A stretch of 42,084 nt of DNA from Myxococcota bacterium. GTDB lineage: Bacteria > Myxococcota_A > UBA796 > GCA-2862545. The notes below the pieces were generated by a model that was given only the letters and a program-made list of their open reading frames with translations, made no database searches and was not told the origin of the DNA. Where the stretch lies: NCBI GenBank assembly GCA_039208735.1, contig JBCCQY010000071.1:1-42084 (forward strand), in the 5' to 3' direction. The stretch's first letter is position 1. Each line of letters begins with the position of its first letter. Positions 28,537 to 37,258 of this stretch are shown piece by piece. Both the position numbers and the translations under genes were made by a program.

Positions 28537-29162
28537 ATGTTCGGCTTCTTCTTCCTTTGTTCTGCGCAGCCTGCGCGGCTCGAAGCTACACCTACTACTT
28601 GATCGAGCCGGCTCCGGCGGTCGACGCGTTGTTCGAAGAGGATGAAGGCACGCAGCTGCGTCCGCTCGGCTTTGGGTCGACCACCGCCATGAAGGTCCGG
28701 TGGAACGACGGAGACGTGCTCACCGAGGTCGAGATCCCGATGCTGGCGAGCGGCCAACGCATCGTCATCGAGCACACCCCGGGGAACAACGACATCGAGA
28801 CGATTCCGATGTCTCGGATCGTTCCCCCACCGCCCACCAATGCCGACCGTACACTCGACGAGGCCTACCGCGATCGCGGTCTGCGCGTCAATGGCGATGC
28901 GGCCGAGGTGAGCATCAGTACGGCCCGAACGCGGATGCAGGAGGCGCTCGCTTCGGGCAACTACGAAATGGCCCTCGAGTGGTGCGAGCTGGTGATCGCC
29001 CGCTATCCGTCCCATCCCGAAACGCTTCGCGCAAAAGGTTCGATCCTTTTGCTTCTTGGCGAGCGGGAGAAGGCGATCGAGGTCTATGAACAAGTTGAGG
29101 AGATCGAGTCGGATCCCGCAGTGCGGAGAAAGCTCGAGGAACTCCAGCGCCAGCAACCGTAA
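28533..29162 (+). CDS. TPR-containing lipoprotein; operon gene 5
   Basis: Lipobox CAAC; C-terminal TPR (GNYEMALEW...YPSH...KGSILLLLGEREKAIEVYEQV). Confidence 0.78.
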   Translation: MNVRLLLPLFCAACAARSYTYYLIEPAPAVDALFEEDEGTQLRPLGFGSTTAMKVRWNDGDVLTEVEIPMLASGQRIVIEHTPGNNDIETIPMSRIVPPPPTNADRTLDEAYRDRGLRVNGDAAEVSISTARTRMQEALASGNYEMALEWCELVIARYPSHPETLRAKGSILLLLGEREKAIEVYEQVEEIESDPAVRRKLEELQRQQP

Positions 29163-29196
29163 GGGTGCCTAGCGCCCGAGATTTCGAGGGGAACCT

Positions 29197-29919
29197 GTGC
29201 AACTGATTGGACTGCTGCTGCTGGCCTTCGTGGTCTGGTACGGGTTCGGTGAACGGACCGATCAGACCATTTCCGCGTTTGACATGCATGCCTTTGTGGT
29301 CGTGCTTGGCGGTTCGTTGTCGGCCATCATGGTGTCGTCTTCGGTGGCCACCACGTTGCGAACCCTGACCGCCTTGCGGGAAGCGATTCCCGGGCTGGGG
29401 GTCTTAGGACCAGGAAATGATGCGCTAGAGGCGGACCGAGCCCAACTCGTCGAATTGTGGATGGACGGCAAGCGCGCCCAAGCGGTGCAGCTTGCCGAGT
29501 CGAGCCCGTTTCCCGCCATCGCTCGCATGGTGGACCTCGTGCTGAATCGGGCACCCGACGAAACCACGAAGGCGGCATTTACCGAGCTGACCCACCAAGA
29601 GCTGTCCCGTTGGCAGCCCGCCGTCGCGAATTGGGAGCTGCTCTCGAAGCTCGCTCCATCGTTCGGGATGGTTGGTACGATCACTGGGATGATCCAGCTG
29701 TTTCGCACGCTCGGTGAAGATACCAACATGGGGGCGGCCATTTCGCTTGCGCTGCTCGCGACCCTGTATGGGGTTGCGTTTGGCGCTGGGGTGGCGGGGC
29801 CGATCGGCCATTACCTGCGGAGCTTGCTCGACGAGCGGCTCGGGGTACTCGAGCGCTGTGAGCACAGCGTCAATGACCTCATCGCACGGTCCGGCCGCGC
29901 GGCTGCGGCGGGAGCGTAG
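29197..29919 (+). CDS. Flagellar-type MotA/PomA-like stator subunit; operon gene 6
   Basis: VVVLGGSLSAIMVS (MotA TM2), LAPSFGMVGTITGMIQL, ALLATLYG; precedes a MotB-like gene. Confidence 0.88.
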   Translation: MQLIGLLLLAFVVWYGFGERTDQTISAFDMHAFVVVLGGSLSAIMVSSSVATTLRTLTALREAIPGLGVLGPGNDALEADRAQLVELWMDGKRAQAVQLAESSPFPAIARMVDLVLNRAPDETTKAAFTELTHQELSRWQPAVANWELLSKLAPSFGMVGTITGMIQLFRTLGEDTNMGAAISLALLATLYGVAFGAGVAGPIGHYLRSLLDERLGVLERCEHSVNDLIARSGRAAAAGA

Positions 29920-29922
29920 TCG

Positions 29923-30552
29923 ATGCGCCGTCGTAGCTACGTCAGTGACGAAGGCTGGCTGCTCTCGTATGCCGACCTCATCACCAACCTGCTGATCTTC
30001 TTCGCCATGCTCCTTGGAGCAGCCGAGATCAGCCGAACGCGGATGCAGGAAATCGCGCGGGAACTCTCGGGGGAAGAACAGCCCGAAAGCCTCGCTTCGA
30101 TCCAGCAAGCCATCGATGAACGGATCGAGAAGGAAGGCCTGCAAGAGGTCATTTTCACCGATCTCACGGACGAAGGGCTCAAGCTGCAACTCAACTCGGG
30201 CCTGGTGTTCGATGTGGGCAGCGCGATCATTCGATCCGAGCAAGAAGTGGTTCTCGACAGCATGTTGCAGACTTTGGTGCCGTATGGCGACAAGTATGCT
30301 TTTGCGGTGGAAGGCCACACCGACTCCACGCCCTTCGGCAATGGCCAAGCCGAAGGCCGCACCAACTGGGAGCTGTCCGCCGACCGAGCGAATGCCGTTC
30401 GGTATCGCCTCGAGCAGGTGGGTGTGCAGCGTGGCCGAATCCGGGTGGAAGGTTTCGCCGACACCGTGTCGCTCCCCGAGGACCAACTCGAGGGGCTGAC
30501 GGAAGAGGAGCGCCTCGCCCGCCACCGCCGCGTCGTCGTGAGGGTGTTCTGA
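29923..30552 (+). CDS. MotB-like stator subunit with OmpA-type peptidoglycan-binding domain; operon gene 7
   Basis: WLLSYADLITNLLIFFAML (conserved ion-binding Asp), VEGHTD, NWELSADRANAV, HRRVVVRV. Confidence 0.92.
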   Translation: MRRRSYVSDEGWLLSYADLITNLLIFFAMLLGAAEISRTRMQEIARELSGEEQPESLASIQQAIDERIEKEGLQEVIFTDLTDEGLKLQLNSGLVFDVGSAIIRSEQEVVLDSMLQTLVPYGDKYAFAVEGHTDSTPFGNGQAEGRTNWELSADRANAVRYRLEQVGVQRGRIRVEGFADTVSLPEDQLEGLTEEERLARHRRVVVRVF

Positions 30553-32351
30553 TGGGGTTTGTGCGCAACCTTTTGTTGGCGGTCGTGAGCCTGGGAGCCG
30601 CGTCTTCGGCGTTGGCCCAGGTGCCGGACCGCCAGATCCCGCCCACCGTATTGACGGAATTGCGGCTTCTCGCGAATCGGTTCGATCTCGCATTGGCGGC
30701 GGACTGCGATGAAACGCGGTGCTTTTCGAAGGGCTGCACCTACATCGCGCACTCGGTGGCCGATCAGCCGAAGTCCACCTCGTTGCCCGGGCTTGGTGGC
30801 GAGCCGGGTCCCGGTAGCGTCGACGCGCAGGAATACCTGACGAGTGCCCGGTGTGCGTTCGCGTATGAAGAAAATGTCTCGGCAGAAGATGCCAAGGCAC
30901 TCGCGCGACGGCTTCGGGCAAAACTGTCGTCCGGTTGGACCTCGGTGAGCGTGACGACCCAGCGCCTCGAGCCGTTGCCGGATTACCTGCAAAAGCCCCC
31001 TCCGCCAGAGCCTGACCCCGAGGAGCAAGCCCTCGAAGAGGAGCCCCTCGAAGAGGAACTTCCGGCCGAAGAAGCGTGGTCCTTCGTGACCGCGGGCCGG
31101 GAACTCTGGACGAGCCTCTTACCGCATTTCTACTGGATGATCGGCCTGGTATTGGCCACCATGGCGGGTGCCATTCTCATTTGGGCGTGGCGGCGGGTGG
31201 GGCAGGCCTCGCTCGAGGAGCAGATGCTGCTCGCCGAGATGGGTCGTGGAGAGAGCGGGCCCAGCGAGGCCATGGTCTCTGAGACGTCCGACGAGGAAAC
31301 GTTCGTCGCCGAGCAAGAGGCGGCTTGGACCGAGCGCATGGAAGGCCTCGACCCGGCCAAGCCGGATCCAGAGATCCAGGCGCTGCTCCGAGAATTGCTC
31401 CGTTCGCGCGACCTTCCGCTCCTCGCCAAGGCGGTGCTGCGGTTCCCCCAACTGTCGCCCCTGATGCCGGCCGGCGGTGGGTTTGCGACGGCCAAGCTCG
31501 AACTCGCAGACTTCCTCAAAACGGTGGACGACGAGACCCTGCCGTCGGACGCGGAGTTCTACCGCAACCTCAACCGCAACGCGCTGTCCGCGGCGGTGGC
31601 CTCCCAAAGTGATGCCCAGATCGTAGTGAACCTGCGTGAAGAATTCGGCCCCTCGGGCTTGGCCACGTTGATGGCCCAGCTCGAGGACCGGCCGGCAGCA
31701 TTGCTCTTTGCTCTGGCGCCGACGGATGCGCAGCACGAAATCGTGCGGCTGTTGCCGACCCAGCGCGTGGCCACGATGGCCGAGATGCTCATGCGAAGCA
31801 ATCGCATGAGCCCGAGCGAGACCGAGCACCTCTTTGAGGTGTTGGCGGCGGCGCGGGGCGAAGTCACCATTCCCGGCGCCTCCAAGTCCAAGGCCATTAC
31901 CGACCTTGGTGAGGAGTTCGACGCGGCAGGCGCGTTGTCGGTGCTGCTCGAAAGCGTCAATCCGGCACGTCGCACGACCCTCTTCCGCAGCGCCCTGGAG
32001 CGGTCGCACGGCAGCTTCCCGGCCTGGTACCGTGGCATTCTCGTTGCCGACATGCTGTTCGAGTTGCCGGTGGAGACCCGCGCTGACCTTTTGCTCGAAC
32101 TCGACATCGAACCGCTGGCCGCGTGGATGTCGTTGCTCGACGGGGAGGCACAGTCCCGCCTGCTTGCCGGCATGCCACGGGCGCTGGTTTCTTCGGTGCA
32201 GTCGGTGTCTGAATTGGGGTCGCGGTCCCGTCAGGTCGCGCTCGCCGACCGGGGGCGTCGTGACCTTGCCCGGGCCTTCCAGCGGCAGCTCCAGCGGGCC
32301 CAAATCCCGTTTGAACGCGTGGTGGTGCCTGCAGGTGGGGGCGGACCGTGA
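30552..32351 (+). CDS. Single-pass membrane protein: signal peptide, FliF-RBM3-like periplasmic domain, TM, FliG middle/C-terminal-like cytoplasmic region; operon gene 8
   Basis: Signal ending ALA|Q; TM FYWMIGLVLATMAGAILIWAW (~aa 193-213); FliG-M-like LMAQLEDRPAALLFALAPTDAQHEIVRLLP; FliG-C-like ILVADMLFELPVETRADLLLELDIEPLAAWMSLLDGEAQSRLLAGMPR. Confidence 0.65.
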   Translation: MGFVRNLLLAVVSLGAASSALAQVPDRQIPPTVLTELRLLANRFDLALAADCDETRCFSKGCTYIAHSVADQPKSTSLPGLGGEPGPGSVDAQEYLTSARCAFAYEENVSAEDAKALARRLRAKLSSGWTSVSVTTQRLEPLPDYLQKPPPPEPDPEEQALEEEPLEEELPAEEAWSFVTAGRELWTSLLPHFYWMIGLVLATMAGAILIWAWRRVGQASLEEQMLLAEMGRGESGPSEAMVSETSDEETFVAEQEAAWTERMEGLDPAKPDPEIQALLRELLRSRDLPLLAKAVLRFPQLSPLMPAGGGFATAKLELADFLKTVDDETLPSDAEFYRNLNRNALSAAVASQSDAQIVVNLREEFGPSGLATLMAQLEDRPAALLFALAPTDAQHEIVRLLPTQRVATMAEMLMRSNRMSPSETEHLFEVLAAARGEVTIPGASKSKAITDLGEEFDAAGALSVLLESVNPARRTTLFRSALERSHGSFPAWYRGILVADMLFELPVETRADLLLELDIEPLAAWMSLLDGEAQSRLLAGMPRALVSSVQSVSELGSRSRQVALADRGRRDLARAFQRQLQRAQIPFERVVVPAGGGGP

Positions 32352-34561
32352 TCTTGGGTTTCGGACGTTGGGTCCTCGCCATACTCCTCGTCGTCTCGGC
32401 GATGAGCTGCGGCAAGGTTCGGCTCTTCGATGTCGGGGCGGAGTTCGTCCAGGCCGACATCACGTGGTTCGAAGGCGAAGAAACCTTGTTCGTCTTCTAC
32501 CAAGTCAACGCACTGCAGGGTCTCAACCAGCTTTCGGCGGTCGAGATCTCCTGGGATGGCCCCGAGCCGAGGGACTGGACGCCCATAGAAGACCTGCCCA
32601 AGGTCCACACCCACATTCCCGCAGATTGTGGCGTGACGTCGCTTTGCGGCAGCACGAGCCTGCATGTGCCGGGGGAGCCCACCCGCGTGCGCCTTCGTCT
32701 GCGCTACCACCCCGATGCGGAAAGCAACGTCTCCGCCCAGCCGCTCTACAATGTGGTGGGCGATGGCCCTCCGCCAGCGAGCCGAAGCTTCCTCGTCTAC
32801 GGCATCTTCGATGAGCGCAATGTGCTCATCCAGTGGCGCGGACGGCACCAGTTTCCCACGATCCGCAACCAGCGCGCGGAGCGCCTCGGGTTGAGGCGAG
32901 ACTTCACCGTTCGCGACCAGCGCTACGGCATCGTAGGGACTGCGCCCTCGAACAACCCCTACGGCTACGGCGAACCGTGCCCCGATGGGTTCACCGCGAC
33001 CGACATCCCCGAGCTGACCTCGAATCGTCGGGCGGTCTTCAACCTCGAGGAATTGCCCCAGGCCTCGTTTGGGGCCTCGGCGGTGTGTGCGGAAGTGTCG
33101 GTGCGCGATGCGACTGGGTCCTATACGACCGATGCGTATGCGAGGAAGAATCCCGAAATTCGATCGGCATTTCCGCGCTACGAGAATCCCGTTCGCGAAG
33201 CGACGGTGCTCCCGTTCTTCTTGGCTCCCTGTGGACGCATCATCTCGACCGAACATGAGGAGATGCAACGCCAGCGACTGCAAATGCCCGGCGTTCCGGT
33301 GACATGCACCGACGATGCGCTGAGTCCCGCGTTCACGTTCCAGTTGGCGGTGGCGTTTCTCGATGCCATCGAGACCGCGCGGCCGGCTGGCAACGACATG
33401 GTCCTCGCCATTGGCATTCATCAGGATGACGACGCCGTCAGTGCCGCGGTCGAGGAGGCCTTGGCGACGTTTTTGCCCGAAGAACGCCATCGCACCTCGC
33501 CCCGCGTTGCGGGCGCGTTTGTGTTCGATAGCGAAGCGCGGCGCATCACGATGGAGGGCGTCGACAAGACGACGCTGTGGTGCCCCTCTCTGATCGGCAA
33601 TGCCGGATTCAGCGCTTCCGCGGTTTCCTGTCCGAAACTGCCGGATGACCCCGCCTTATTGCTGGGCCCAATCGCCATTGACACGCTGCCCATCTTGCCC
33701 GACCGCGAGGAATATCTCGATTTCATCGATGACTTCTCGGTTCGGCTCGCCGGGACCATCAACGAGTTGACCTACCGGGTGCCGGAGTTCACACCCACCA
33801 CGGACCACCGAGACCTCGGTGATTTTGGCGTGGTGACCTTCGCGAACGGCGAAGCCATCACCGCCGATGGCGATGACGCTTTTTCGTACTGCGCAACCAA
33901 GGAACCCCTTCCGTTCGTCGTTCGCTCCGCGTTGATGGAGAGTCCCCAGCTCGCCTACCTGCTCGCGGATTACTGCGTGTCGACGACGCCAACGCCGGGC
34001 GACAGCGGGCGAGGGGGCGGCGAAGATACCGAGCCGCAGCCCGTCGGCGGTCCAACGCCGGGTGTGGGGCCTGACGACTACACGGGCTACGGCAAGGGCA
34101 GCTCCATCTGTGACGCCATCTTGGCCGGGCTCTTGCCCATCGATGCGCTGCCCGACTGGCACTCGGTGTTTGGGGAGTCCCGCTACGAGATCGGCCTGTT
34201 CTGGGAATTTCCCTTCCTGCTGCAGCTCGAGTATGAAGCGCGCACCGCGGCCTCCGTTACGGCCTTCGGCGTGACGATTCCGTTTGGGTTTGGCAGCGAG
34301 GACCAAAGCTTTTTCGGTTCTCGACTCTGGCGGGATCGAGAGGAGATTCCCAAGAAAAAGAAAGCGTTCAAGCCTGACCCCTACGACATCGACTCCATTC
34401 TGCAGCACTGTCGCCGCTTCTGTGACCATCCCACCCTTGACGGGGCGGGAGTCTACAACGTGCTCGCGCCGTTCCGGGCCACCTACGCTCGGGCTTGCTA
34501 TCGCCCGCGCTTCCCCGACCCGAACGACGAAAACTTCGATGGATTCCCTCTTGATCCCTAG
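32348..34561 (+). CDS. Large Cys-rich lipoprotein; operon gene 9
   Basis: GTGA coupling; lipobox AMSC; many Cys; Pro/Gly/Thr low-complexity insert. Confidence 0.72.
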   Translation: MILGFGRWVLAILLVVSAMSCGKVRLFDVGAEFVQADITWFEGEETLFVFYQVNALQGLNQLSAVEISWDGPEPRDWTPIEDLPKVHTHIPADCGVTSLCGSTSLHVPGEPTRVRLRLRYHPDAESNVSAQPLYNVVGDGPPPASRSFLVYGIFDERNVLIQWRGRHQFPTIRNQRAERLGLRRDFTVRDQRYGIVGTAPSNNPYGYGEPCPDGFTATDIPELTSNRRAVFNLEELPQASFGASAVCAEVSVRDATGSYTTDAYARKNPEIRSAFPRYENPVREATVLPFFLAPCGRIISTEHEEMQRQRLQMPGVPVTCTDDALSPAFTFQLAVAFLDAIETARPAGNDMVLAIGIHQDDDAVSAAVEEALATFLPEERHRTSPRVAGAFVFDSEARRITMEGVDKTTLWCPSLIGNAGFSASAVSCPKLPDDPALLLGPIAIDTLPILPDREEYLDFIDDFSVRLAGTINELTYRVPEFTPTTDHRDLGDFGVVTFANGEAITADGDDAFSYCATKEPLPFVVRSALMESPQLAYLLADYCVSTTPTPGDSGRGGGEDTEPQPVGGPTPGVGPDDYTGYGKGSSICDAILAGLLPIDALPDWHSVFGESRYEIGLFWEFPFLLQLEYEARTAASVTAFGVTIPFGFGSEDQSFFGSRLWRDREEIPKKKKAFKPDPYDIDSILQHCRRFCDHPTLDGAGVYNVLAPFRATYARACYRPRFPDPNDENFDGFPLDP

Positions 34562-35369
34562 TCTCGCCATGGTGTGGCTCGGTGCGGCCTGGGCCCAGGA
34601 CGCCGAGCCGGTTGAACCCGTCGAAACGTCCGAGCCGGCTCCGAGCCCCGAGGCTTCGGACGAAGACCCGTTGTCTCGCTACAAAACGCCTTTTCAGGTG
34701 CTCGCGAACCGCACCATCGGGACGGTGTCGTCGAAGCTCGCCTTCAATTGGCGACGGACGAAGATTCAAGTGGGAGGAACGGGGAGCTTCCTCTTCGAAC
34801 TCAACACGTTCAATTCGGCCCGGATCGGGGCATTGATCCGTCGCCCGACGAATAGCGTGATGATCGAGTTCGGTGTTTCGTACACCCGGGTTTGGGACTC
34901 CGAAAGCAGCCGTCAGCTTGCGATGACCGCGTTTCGTCAACCCGGTCGACCGAGTCGCCTCGAACTCGAGACCCAGGTGGCCATACCGCTTGCCGAAGGC
35001 GTGGTGACTGCCATGCCACGATGGTTTCCTTCGGCCCAGCTGGTCTTCAATGCGACGCTTGGTTTCCGCTACTCGATCTATCCCACCGGCTACGCGGAAC
35101 TCCGACCCGGACAGGTCGCCGCGGCCCTCTTCCAGCCGGCGTTGAGCGAGGCCGAACTCGCCAATCTCGAAGAGGCTCGTCTCGACGCGATGGCGGTGGA
35201 CCCCGCGCGCTATGGCATCACGGCCGGCTTTACCAACGATATCTACTTTGAACGCGGCATCTTCGTTTCGCCACGGGTGCAATTCGCCGTGCCTGCATTG
35301 GCGTTCGTGACCAACAGCAGCCTTCCGTTCTGGGTGGATGTGAGCCTGGCCGTCGGCGTGGCGCTCTGA
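34539..35369 (+). CDS. Probable outer-membrane beta-barrel protein; operon gene 10
   Basis: Signal ending AWA|Q, acidic/Pro linker, amphipathic strands (IQVGGTGSF, IEFGVSYT, FNATLGFRYS), C-terminal WVDVSLAVGVAL. Confidence 0.65.
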   Translation: MDSLLIPSLAMVWLGAAWAQDAEPVEPVETSEPAPSPEASDEDPLSRYKTPFQVLANRTIGTVSSKLAFNWRRTKIQVGGTGSFLFELNTFNSARIGALIRRPTNSVMIEFGVSYTRVWDSESSRQLAMTAFRQPGRPSRLELETQVAIPLAEGVVTAMPRWFPSAQLVFNATLGFRYSIYPTGYAELRPGQVAAALFQPALSEAELANLEEARLDAMAVDPARYGITAGFTNDIYFERGIFVSPRVQFAVPALAFVTNSSLPFWVDVSLAVGVAL

Positions 35370-37258
35370 TGTGGTGGCTCGTCGCTTCGGCGTTGGCTGG
35401 GGATCCGACTGGGCTCCCCACCGATCAGACGCTCGTGTATTACAACGCCCGGCTCGCGTTGCGCGAGGGGGACCCGCTGACCGCGGCCAAGTTCTGGTTC
35501 CTGCGCAACGCCATCGAAGACGAAACGGGTCGCGTTTCCGAGCACGACCCGGATTTCGGTTCGGTCACGTGGGCAGCGCTTGGCGACCTCGGCATTTGCC
35601 CAGATGGGCAGCCGACCGACGAAGAAGGGTCAGGGCTTTGGCCGTTGTCCCTGCACAACTGGGTCGTACGGAACCGCAACCGACGCTCCATTCCCAAGCC
35701 CCCCAACCCCTACCGTGCGTTCGATGTGGGCCGGCAGGCCCGGTACATCTCCATCGAAGACGTCCTTTCGGCTGACGAGATGCGGACCATTTCGCTGGTT
35801 CGCGGCCGGTGCTTGCGACCTCGCCTTTCGTTGCTCGACGCCGGAGAGACCCTGCAAGCCAAGTTGACGGACCGCGCGGTGGCGGCCCGTTTGCTACGTC
35901 ATTTGTTGGAGCAAGGCCGATCCACGATGGACCGAGACCGCGTGCGAGGGGTGGCGGCCATCGATGCGCGCCTCTTCGATCTCGATCTCAAGATCACCGA
36001 GCTTGCCGCTCGGGAGGCGCGCAAGAAGGCTCGAAAACAGGCGTTGACGGCGCGTCGAAGAGGTCTCTCTCGTGAGTCGGTCTCCGTGGCCGTCGAAGAG
36101 GCGCCCAAGTTTGCGTTCCGGAATTCAAGAGATGCCAAGCTGATCTTGCGACAGTCTCGCGATTGGCCTGTTTCGGAATGGATGACGCTTTCGTCAGAAC
36201 GGAGGCGGTTTCTGTATGACAAGGCGCGAAGCTACGTGCAGGACCCCGAGGCGTTCGATGGCCTTGCGTTGGGAATCATCGATGCCTTGATCGAGCGGGG
36301 CGAAGGGGCGGACGTCGCGCTGTGGATCCCACGCTACGCGGCCGGCCTTGAGCCCATCTGGTCGGGGGAACGGGGGCGTCGCCTCCTCGCCCTTGATGAC
36401 GAAAGCGGCTTTCGGGAGCGGTCGGTGGTGGCGCTGCATCGAGGGGTGCGCTTCCTCGAGCAGGGCCTGATGCCGGAGGCGCTGACCGCTTTTGCATTCT
36501 CGCTCCAGAATGCTGCGCAGTCGCAGATCGATGACGAGGTTCAAAGCCTGTCATTGCGATGGATGTCGTACGTGGCGTCCCAGTTCGAGTTGACCGACGA
36601 TCTTTTGGCAACGCTCGAGGAACTCGTTCCGCGTCGCGAGTACACGGTGATTCTCGAGGACCTCATGTGGAGCGCGGCGTTCCGCGCGGACCGCAGGTCG
36701 TTCGATCGGGGGCGACGTCGGCAACCGGGGCGAGGAGCCCTCGTTCGACGCATGGACCTGCTACTGCCGCTGGCAATGGGCGACGTACCGCGGTTCACCG
36801 CGGTGATTCGGCAACGGCTCGAGGAGTCCCCCAGCGAGACCATTCGGTTCCTCGACCAATTCGTGCAACGGCTCGAACTCGAAGACAGCGGGCTGCGAGC
36901 GGCCCACGTCGAGACGCTCACCCGCATTCGGACGATGCTCGAACCGATTGCCGATCCGCAGGGAGACGGCCGATCCCGCCGCCGCGCCGAGGCGTTGCTG
37001 GACCGGACCCTTTCGATCATCGATGGCGTAGGGGGACTCGGGGATGCGGCGTCGAGTCGTGACCGGGCGCGCGACCTCGACCCCTCGGGCACGGTGTTCG
37101 CGGGAAGCGTCCGCTTGGCGCCTTCCGATCCGTTGCCCTGGCCGTTCCGCATCGATTCCGTGTCGGCGCCCTCGATTTTCCAGCCGTTGAAACTGCGGCC
37201 TGTCGAGTGGCAAGATCCCGATGGGAGCTGGGTGTTTGGCTGGAGTATCGAAGGATGA
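35369..37258 (+). CDS. Large exported alpha-helical (TPR-like) protein; operon gene 11
   Basis: TGATG coupling; short signal MWWLVASALA|G; TPR-like YYNARLALREGDPLTAAKFW and LHRGVRFLEQGLMPEALTAF. Confidence 0.68.
   Translation: MWWLVASALAGDPTGLPTDQTLVYYNARLALREGDPLTAAKFWFLRNAIEDETGRVSEHDPDFGSVTWAALGDLGICPDGQPTDEEGSGLWPLSLHNWVVRNRNRRSIPKPPNPYRAFDVGRQARYISIEDVLSADEMRTISLVRGRCLRPRLSLLDAGETLQAKLTDRAVAARLLRHLLEQGRSTMDRDRVRGVAAIDARLFDLDLKITELAAREARKKARKQALTARRRGLSRESVSVAVEEAPKFAFRNSRDAKLILRQSRDWPVSEWMTLSSERRRFLYDKARSYVQDPEAFDGLALGIIDALIERGEGADVALWIPRYAAGLEPIWSGERGRRLLALDDESGFRERSVVALHRGVRFLEQGLMPEALTAFAFSLQNAAQSQIDDEVQSLSLRWMSYVASQFELTDDLLATLEELVPRREYTVILEDLMWSAAFRADRRSFDRGRRRQPGRGALVRRMDLLLPLAMGDVPRFTAVIRQRLEESPSETIRFLDQFVQRLELEDSGLRAAHVETLTRIRTMLEPIADPQGDGRSRRRAEALLDRTLSIIDGVGGLGDAASSRDRARDLDPSGTVFAGSVRLAPSDPLPWPFRIDSVSAPSIFQPLKLRPVEWQDPDGSWVFGWSIEG

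Noticed and set aside
29197..30552. Zorya (ZorAB) anti-phage system
   Set aside because: The MotA-like protein is only 240 aa with no long ZorA cytoplasmic tail, and no ZorC/D/E-like helicase or nuclease genes are adjacent.
29425..33490. Long antisense ORFs (e.g. 29425-30921, 31119-32303, 32231-33490) and similar ones across the window
   Set aside because: These are shadow frames of high-GC genes; the sense frames carry the motifs and the coupled start/stop junctions.
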